From: an uncultured virus (IMG/VR IMGVR_UViG_2049941000_000043)
Taxonomy: Duplodnaviria; Heunggongvirae; Uroviricota; Caudoviricetes
Length of the DNA: 6,472 nucleotides
IMG/VR virus record: IMGVR_UViG_2049941000_000043
Strand: one strand, 5' to 3'
The first letter of the stretch is position 1, and each line of letters begins with the position of its first letter. Shown piece by piece: positions 5,991 to 6,472 of this stretch. Under the pieces are notes generated by a model. The model was given only the letters and a program-made list of their open reading frames with translations. It made no database searches and was not told where the DNA came from. Made by a program: the position numbers and the translations under genes.

Positions 5991-6194
5991 TTACACCTCA
6001 GTTTCTTTTACATAGATTACAAGCTGCTTTTTATAATCGTTCCACTCATAGTCCGCAAAATTCCGGCGGCAATGTTCTTTGATTGCTTTCAGTCCGATAA
6101 TAGATCCGTCAAAGATTGTTTCAAATGTCCAAGTATTAATAATTTTCACGGGGAGATTGTTTGACATATTGTTGATTAGTTCTCTGATTTTCAT
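5991..6194 (-). CDS. Hypothetical protein (67 aa)
   Basis: SD AAAGGGG about 6 nt upstream of ATG; its last codons supply the GAGGTG SD for the next gene. Confidence 0.75.
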   Translation of the reverse strand: MKIRELINNMSNNLPVKIINTWTFETIFDGSIIGLKAIKEHCRRNFADYEWNDYKKQLVIYVKETEV

Positions 6195-6206
6195 TTGCTG
6201 CCCCTT

Positions 6207-6371
6207 TCAAGTTAAATCAATTATTGTTATTCCGTGTTTTCCTTTGTAGCCGTGCAAGGCTTTAAACCGTGCAAGGCTTTCCCGCTTGCTATAATCATAA
6301 TAGCGCATAAAATGCCCGTTATCGTCTTTTACTCTGTATCCGTTAGGTATCCTGTAAATTGTTATATACAT
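6207..6371 (-). CDS. Small basic/aromatic hypothetical protein (54 aa), not in ORF track
   Basis: Hand translation MYITIYRIPNGYRVKDDNGHFMRYYDYSKRESLARFKALHGYKGKHGITIIDLT*; G-rich SD (GGGGGGCG) upstream; fits neatly between its neighbours. Confidence 0.7.
   Translation of the reverse strand: MYITIYRIPNGYRVKDDNGHFMRYYDYSKRESLARFKALHGYKGKHGITIIDLT
6250..6280 (+). repeat. Exact 14-bp direct repeat CCGTGCAAGGCTTT, 17-bp period
   Basis: Copies at 6250-6263 and 6267-6280, separated by AAA. Confidence 0.9.
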
Positions 6372-6373
6372 TT

Positions 6374-6472
6374 TCACGCCCCCCATGCGCCTGTATCATA
6401 ATGATAATAATATTCGGTTGGTTGGTTAAATTCTTTCGCCGCTTTGACGGGCAAGGAACACCACCATTTTTT
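6374..6472 (-). CDS. 3' end of a hypothetical protein entering from the window edge
   Basis: Open frame KKWWCSLPVKAAKEFNQPTEYYYHYDTGAWGA* ends 2 nt before the next ATG. Confidence 0.5.
   Translation of the reverse strand, partial: KKWWCSLPVKAAKEFNQPTEYYYHYDTGAWGA

Larger units (their letters stand above)
1..6472. mobile_element. Tailed phage/prophage segment (replication end, accessory gene string, packaging start, opposite-strand cluster)
   Basis: Dense, overlapping small ORFs, a phage-type Dam methylase, a DUF5664-type protein, an 'MKLIDA' phage ORF and a terminase-small-subunit-like ORF; no housekeeping genes. Linkage across the N gaps relies on the assembly. Confidence 0.88.

Noticed and set aside
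5639..6082. Plus-strand ORFs 5639..5872 and 5879..6082
   Set aside because: Antisense to the motif-supported FtsK gene and its neighbour; one crosses the 10-N gap.

Overview
Tailed-phage or prophage DNA, probably from a Bacillota (Clostridia-like) host. This host call is an inference from gene style and Shine-Dalgarno usage. Bases 1-4900 hold one tightly coupled + strand gene string. It starts with the 3' end of a probable DUF927/Cch-like replication helicase, followed by a non-coding block (160-453) with 11 copies of a GTTCAC/GTGAAC motif arranged as inverted iteron arrays around an AT-rich core, a likely replication origin. Next come many small Cys-rich hypothetical genes, a phage N6-adenine DNA methyltransferase with a G9 tract just before its NPPY motif, an ASCH-domain protein, a dATP/dGTP diphosphohydrolase-family (DUF5664) protein and a probable terminase small subunit cut by a 721-N gap. 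After the gap (5622-6472) is a lower-GC, minus-strand string: three small ORFs and a stand-alone FtsK/SpoIIIE-type ATPase whose Walker A region falls in a second 10-N gap. No RNA genes, CRISPR array or transposase were seen. All family calls come from motif recognition by eye, not from database searches.
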